DNA of 63,907 nucleotides, counting the filler, from Diploschistes diacapsis (Eukaryota): the NCBI GenBank assembly GCA_023645945.1. It is 21 parts of 21 records of this genome, joined end to end, with 100 filler letters (N's around TTAATTAATTAA, not from the genome) between each part and the next. Parts side by side here need not be neighbours in the genome. Positions count along the whole stretch, not along the records: positions 43,010 to 62,616 come from JALAIB010000366.1; positions 62,717 to 63,907 come from JALAIB010003660.1; 19 more parts are not named here. One strand, 5' to 3'. Of this stretch, positions 61,209-63,907 are shown in pieces (within the stretch, counting starts at the first letter, position 1; each line of letters starts with the position of its first letter). The notes beneath the pieces were generated by a model, which was not told the DNA's origin, made no database searches, and saw only the letters and a program-made list of their open reading frames with translations. The position numbers were made by a program, and so were the translations under genes.

Positions 61209-63037
61209 GCATCTTGGGTCGATATTAAGTTTGGCCGTTCATTGGGGACTTGTTATTGCTAGAATCGAAGGTCGCGCAAGGAAGTTTGAATCCTACAGTT
61301 CAATTTGCGAAACGAGACTTGGGTGCGTTAGCTGGACTACAAAGCGGCGGTTCATTATGCATCCACGATATGCTCGTTCCAACCATTGACTTCTCTGGGC
61401 AAACCTCTTCCATCAAGATTCCATTCCTTGTCACGGCGAAGCCAAACATGAGATATGTATCGATAGCCGTTCAATCCTACTTCCTTGAAAGACTGAAGTA
61501 ACGTGGAAGAGAGATCAAGTCTACCGAGCGACCACGTGACCACTTCCGACCACTTTTCGCGAGATTTCTGCAAGCTATTCACAATTTCTTCAATTCTAGG
61601 AGCTTTGGGTTACCTTCAACGACGTCGCTAGCTACCCAATTCCCTTTCGAATTTTCTCCATTCGTCAGTTCCTTGGAGACCTCTTTCCCTATCCCAAAGC
61701 TCCTCAGCCACAGCCCGTTCCTGCCTCAGGCCATAACAACGCACATGATCCCTCACCTCCTAACAAAATTCTCTCGTCCCACACACACACATGCCAGGAC
61801 CACGCTGACACTCCCGAGCAAACTATAAGGGTGACTCAACTCCTCCCACACCATCTTCCAGTTCCCAAGACTTTCGCCATTTCCTTCCCTCTGCCTCTTC
61901 CCGATCCGGAAGCTCCATCGCATCCATCAAAAGGCTCACAAAATTCCCGCAAATCGGCAAGATGATCAATCGATCCCCGCCTTTCTCTTTCCTTGCCATT
62001 CCTGCCTCCCTTTCGCCCTTCCCCCCTTCCCGCGCTTCCCTCCAATGTAACATGTTGGGTACAAAGAACAGCGTGACCATGACTTTGACTCACAGCCCAG
62101 CCTCGCCTCACTCCAGCACTAGGCTGCTAACACAGTGTGCCTTTTCAGCCCTGCCGCCTAATCTGCTCCAAGACACCAGGGCATCCACGTCACGCACAGC
62201 ACACCAATCCGCAACGTTGCGCACGTACTCACGTACCCTAGCGCCCCCCCCCCCCTTTGCGGAGCCGTTCCGGTTCTGTTCCGCACAAAATTGCACATAC
62301 CCCCACGAGGCGGAACAAGGGCCGGGGGGGGGGCGCTGGCTCCGGTTTGGCGCGCGTCCGGGGATATGCTCTTTTCTTTTCTCTTCTCTCTCTCTCTCTT
62401 TTTTACTTTATTTTTATCATCGAGTCGGCCTTTCTCTCTCTACGGTAACTGGGCGGCCCAGCCTAATTCCCCGCCCCGCCCCACATCCGTTTGTCGGTAT
62501 GTCGCTATCGCTATCTCAGGTAGTGTGGTCGCGGATGCGCCCCGGACTCCATTGCACGCGCGTTCTGCCGGTTAACAAAAGAGTTGTAGGGGGGGAGGTT
62601 GTAGTAGGATCCGAGANNNNNNNNNNNNNNNNNNNNNNNNNNNNNNNNNNNNNNNNNNNNTTAATTAATTAANNNNNNNNNNNNNNNNNNNNNNNNNNNN
62701 NNNNNNNNNNNNNNNNTTTATTTATGCATATTTTAGAATAATAAACCCCCTAACTGACCTATTATAGAATAATAAGGACGGGAAGAAATCCGAATTCCTA
62801 TCGTGAGGCGACCGGTAGTAGACCGCGTTTAAAAAATTGAAGGTTAATTTTACTCGAGTATTTATACTTATGTATTATAATCCAAAAATTTATATCCGGG
62901 TAAAGACCGATGCGATTAACTTTATTATAATAGCGATTATATCCCAATTAATAATTATGGACGGAATGTAACATCCCGTAGTTTTTTAATTGAGAAAAAT
63001 GATTCCCGCCGAAAGAAATTATGAAACCTACGACCAA

Positions 63038-63642
63038 TGTAACAGCCGGGGTAGTGCCTAATAGATAGTAACTATCCCACTGAGCCCAAAGACTGAACAC
63101 AATGCTTTCAGGAACCCCGAAGCACTGTTTCCCTATTACATTATATGTAGGTGCGTGGTTGTGGCAGCAGGAGGATCTGAACCCCAGTGCGCACACTGCG
63201 GGCGTTATAATTATCTTTTTTTTATAGTGCTGGTCCCTAGTATTTGCCACGTCTTATATAACGTTTCGAGTATATTGGATATTTTATATCGTTTTTAATA
63301 TCTACGTTATGGATTTAGAGGCGAGGTTATTTAACCGTACTTAAAGTTAATAGTATGTTTTCATATGTCGTCGATCCCGTAGGGTAGCATGCTTAATCGT
63401 AGTGTAACAAATTCGACGTACTGCTTACGCTCGTGTTTGAATTAACGATTTAAGGAATGAAAGCATAACTGTAACAGCGGGGGTAGTGTTTAATAGGTAG
63501 TAATTATCCTACTGAGCTAAAAGATTGAATATAATGTTTTTAGGAATCCCGAAGCACTGTTTCCCTATTACACTATATATAGGTGCGTGGCTGTGGCAGC
63601 AGGGGGGACCTGAACCCCGGTGCGCACACTGCGGGCGTTACA
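63038..63642 (-). mobile_element. Complete miniature LTR element (TRIM-like): LTR 63038-63209, 260-bp internal region, LTR 63470-63642
   Basis: Two ~172-bp direct repeats TGTAACAG...GGGCGTTA(C/T)A; 5-bp TSD ACCAA at 63033-63037 and 63643-63647. A minus-strand purine tract AAAAAAAAGATAAT abuts the left LTR. Confidence 0.92.
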
Positions 63643-63738
63643 ACCAAGAATTATTGGTTATTATAGAAACTTTTAAATATTAAAGATATTATTTAGAAAA
63701 CGTCCTATATATTATCGAAATTTTTACGAACCATAATA

Positions 63739-63907
63739 ACGTGTTTCACGGGGATTCCGGCCACCCCCAGATTCCGGCCACTTTTGTTAAGAAATAGTTA
63801 AATCTTCAATAATTCTTCGAAATTAATCGTTATTTTTATTTTTTTTTTCAAAATATTACTTTTCAATCAATTATCTATCATATGTAAAAGGTGCACATTG
63901 ATTGCGT
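63739..63907 (+). mobile_element. Left end of the long-TIR pogo-like foldback family
   Basis: TA then ACGTGTTTCACGGGGATTCCGGCCACCCCCAGATTCCGGCCACTTTTG; the distal part matches the arm starting at 8311. Confidence 0.85.

Noticed and set aside
61600..62616. Several ORFs of 60-236 aa near the contig end
   Set aside because: Low-complexity C-rich and G-rich sequence with no recognisable domain or consistent splice pattern; probably UTR or promoter.

Overview
Fungal (Pezizomycotina) genomic DNA. It is not one locus: 21 separate contigs are joined by an artificial 100-bp spacer (N44-TTAATTAATTAA-N44), so adjacency across spacers means nothing. Two ~19.6-kb contigs carry intron-containing genes. 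Contig 10375-29987 has TAZ1, a NOSIP-like RING gene, an intronless HET-domain gene with decayed neighbours, MED5/NUT1, a catalase-like pseudogene and RUD3. Contig 43010-62616 has NPR3, a small secreted-protein candidate, RIC1, TMA20, SGT2, POL4, ATP10, GOS1 and RPL35. Three ~1.2-kb contigs hold gene fragments (lactonase, questin oxidase/HypA-like, METTL16-like). The other ~1.2-kb contigs are AT-rich, RIP-mutated nested transposons: Gypsy chromoviruses, Copia, pogo/Fot1, hAT-type MITEs and solo LTRs. Most notable: (1) a complete 605-bp miniature LTR element (TRIM) with a 5-bp TSD and a Tf1-type self-priming signature; (2) a RIP-erased antisense six-cysteine (Zn2Cys6-like) plus coiled-coil ORF behind a Gypsy chromodomain; (3) a hAT MITE family built from expanding ~69-bp tandem units; (4) a foldback pogo-type element with ~350-bp TIRs; (5) recurring strand-symmetric C-rich to G-rich skew islands inside genes. 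All calls come from reading the sequence and recalled family motifs; no database searches were run.
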